NCBI GenBank assembly: GCA_045863295.1
Contig: BTWA01000007.1
Span: forward strand, 151,709-215,708
Source: Candidatus Hydrogenedentota bacterium
GTDB taxonomy: Bacteria; Hydrogenedentota; Hydrogenedentia; Hydrogenedentales; SLHB01
DNA: 64,000 bases
Direction of reading: 5' to 3'
The stretch's first letter is position 1, and each line of letters begins with the position of its first letter. The notes beneath the pieces are model-generated. The model was not told the origin of the DNA. It was given only the letters and a program-made list of their open reading frames with translations, and did not search any database. A program made the position numbers and the translations under genes. This document shows positions 62,145-64,000 of this stretch, in pieces.

Positions 62145-63160
62145 CCACAATTCCTCGCGTGACTGCATAATTGGGCGGCCAACGTCATGGCCGAAATCAG
62201 ACTGTGCTCCCGGGCTATTCCACGGCCCGCAATGTCGTAGGCCGTCCCATGGTCCACGGAAGTGCGTACAATAGGCAGTCCTAGGGTCACATTAACGCCT
62301 TCGTCCATCGCTACCAACTTCAAGGGGATATGCCCCTGATCGTGATACATGGACACTACGATATCGTACCGCCCTTCCTGCATGTGACGGAACACCGCGT
62401 CGGGAACCAGCGGGCCATCGCAACAAATTCCAGCCTGTTGGCACTCCCAAACGGCCGGCGCGACTATTTCTCGATCTTCCGAACCCAGTATGCCATTTTC
62501 TCCCGCATGAGGGTTGATGCCAGCAACTGCGATTCTCGGCTTCTGAATTCCAATCTTCAGCAACGCCGCTTGCGCCATCCGAATCGTATTCGCGATCCGA
62601 TCGACTGTGATGGACGCGACCGCCTCGCGAAGAGGCAAATGCGCCGTTACAAAAACGCTGCGCATGGCCCCCGCGAACAGGCTCATTCGAAAGTCAGAGG
62701 TCCCTGTCCAAACCGCGGCCATCTCCGTATGGCCGGGAAAGTCCTTGTATCCCGCGAGGTGTATGCCTTCCTTGTTCAGTGGACACGTAACCACTGCGTC
62801 CACTGCGCTCTGCATGGCATGCGACACAGCTGCGCGAAACCATTCCACCGCGCAGCGCCCAGCTTCAGCGCGTAATTCGCCAGGACGCCATGGGCCAGGG
62901 AAGTAACCAAAATCGATCACAGGAATGACATCGGTCACAGAAACGGCTTCTTCAATGCGCTCCACATGCCGCATCGGAAGATCAATACCGCAGCAGCCCT
63001 TTGCGTCCTCCAAAACAGAAAGGCTGCCAAAAACTACAGGGAATACCTCAGCCCTGGCGATCAAACGGTCCAGTGCTTTGAGAATAATCTCTGGACTGAC
63101 TCCATTCGAATCGCCCATGGTAATGGCGAGTATGGGTTTGCGATTATTGTCCTTTGACAT
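62141..63160 (-). CDS. pdxA: 4-hydroxythreonine-4-phosphate dehydrogenase PdxA
   Basis: AITMGD-NGVSPEI, FPGHTE, NPHAGE, MYHDQG, RTSVDHGTAYDIAG. Confidence 0.93.
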   Translation of the reverse strand: MSKDNNRKPILAITMGDSNGVSPEIILKALDRLIARAEVFPVVFGSLSVLEDAKGCCGIDLPMRHVERIEEAVSVTDVIPVIDFGYFPGPWRPGELRAEAGRCAVEWFRAAVSHAMQSAVDAVVTCPLNKEGIHLAGYKDFPGHTEMAAVWTGTSDFRMSLFAGAMRSVFVTAHLPLREAVASITVDRIANTIRMAQAALLKIGIQKPRIAVAGINPHAGENGILGSEDREIVAPAVWECQQAGICCDGPLVPDAVFRHMQEGRYDIVVSMYHDQGHIPLKLVAMDEGVNVTLGLPIVRTSVDHGTAYDIAGRGIAREHSLISAMTLAAQLCSHARNCG

Positions 63161-63450
63161 CGTGCTATAAATACCTTGGCAATGCCGTGTCTCGACATTC
63201 CGGCCTGAGTCACGGGCGATTCCAGCGAAATGCAGGTCCGAGATTAAACACGCCAGTTTACACCTATTCAACGCATAAAATCGAAGCCGGCACAACACTC
63301 GAATTGAATGCAACCCAGAATGGCAACGGGAGAGTTGACACTCGCTGCAAATGCCGAAGACACATTAAGTCATCCCGTTGCGAATTGGAGATCCTACAAA
63401 CGCAACAGACTCATGCGGTTAACGCGGCATGTCTTTCATGCGAATTTCTC

Positions 63451-63479
63451 TTGCGGATTATGCCCTTGAATGCTATATT
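63451..63479 (+). promoter_or_regulatory. sigma70 promoter (TTGCGG-N17-TATATT, extended TG)
   Basis: Hexamers at 63451-56 and 63474-79, pointing toward the DnaA boxes and window end. Confidence 0.45.
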
Positions 63480-63836
63480 AAGGTTTCGTTAGAAGCGAAC
63501 GCGGTTGAGATGCTTGTGGGGGTCGCTGCCGCTCAGCTTACCTGACGAAACAAGTTTCTTTTCTCAATGCTAACTTCGACGCAGGTACAACTATGCCCGC
63601 TTATAAACGGTACATCCATGCCTGTCCGCCGACGCGGTTCGATTCAACCAATCGCGAATTGCATATATATGTTGAACGTGGACGCATCGCTGGACACGCT
63701 CTCAAAGACGGATCTCCGACGAATAAACCCGCAAGGCGCGATAGCGCATCAACGCGCGGATCAGGTCTTGACAATATCGGCGGACATCGTGCAAACTCCA
63801 CGCCCTTGCGATCCAAATTCGCCTTTGTTTACGGGG

Positions 63837-63867
63837 TGTGGAACACTTGTGGATAAGTTGTGGATAA
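63837..63867 (-). promoter_or_regulatory. Three phased DnaA boxes (candidate oriC / dnaA regulatory region)
   Basis: TGTGGATAA (= TTATCCACA) perfect at 63848-56 and 63859-67; TGTGGAACA (2 mismatches) at 63837-45; 11-bp spacing. Confidence 0.75.
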
Positions 63868-64000
63868 CACAGATCCGGCCAATCTTGCGGAGGGATTGAA
63901 CGGATCAAGGAGGTGGCCCGACCCATGAATAAAGCACTCATCATCCGAATCAGGTTCCAGTCGAATTCATACGGTGAAAGTTGAAAGAGGCATTCATATC

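Noticed and set aside
63154..63944. Short ORFs of 71-112 aa in the terminal intergenic region
   Set aside because: No motifs or convincing SD, they overlap each other, and some overlap the DnaA boxes.

Overview
This is a bacterial chromosomal window of roughly 55-60% GC. Its gene content (DUF1549/DUF1553 + DUF1501 pair, Tat sulfatases, alginate-export porin, beta-propeller lipoprotein) resembles Hydrogenedentota/PVC-type genomes; that taxonomy is an inference. Most of the window is secreted hydrolases, two-component systems and housekeeping genes: xerC, cinA, recF, DUF721/dciA, gyrB, gyrA, tRNA-Ser(CGA) and pdxA. Phased DnaA boxes at the right end suggest oriC or the dnaA upstream region. The standout is a low-GC ~2.2 kb insert between xerC and cinA (29377-31633). 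It holds a sigma70 promoter overlapped by a palindrome, a ~290-nt multi-hairpin RNA closed by a 9-bp inverted repeat, a small helical ORF, an XRE-type HTH gene and a 311-aa retron-type reverse transcriptase (NAxxH, FVDD, VITG). This looks like a complete type VI-like retron anti-phage module. Its ncRNA contains a segment complementary to the ribosome-binding site of the small ORF, suggesting an RNA conformational switch controlling effector translation. All calls come from manual motif reading; no database searches or folding programs were run.
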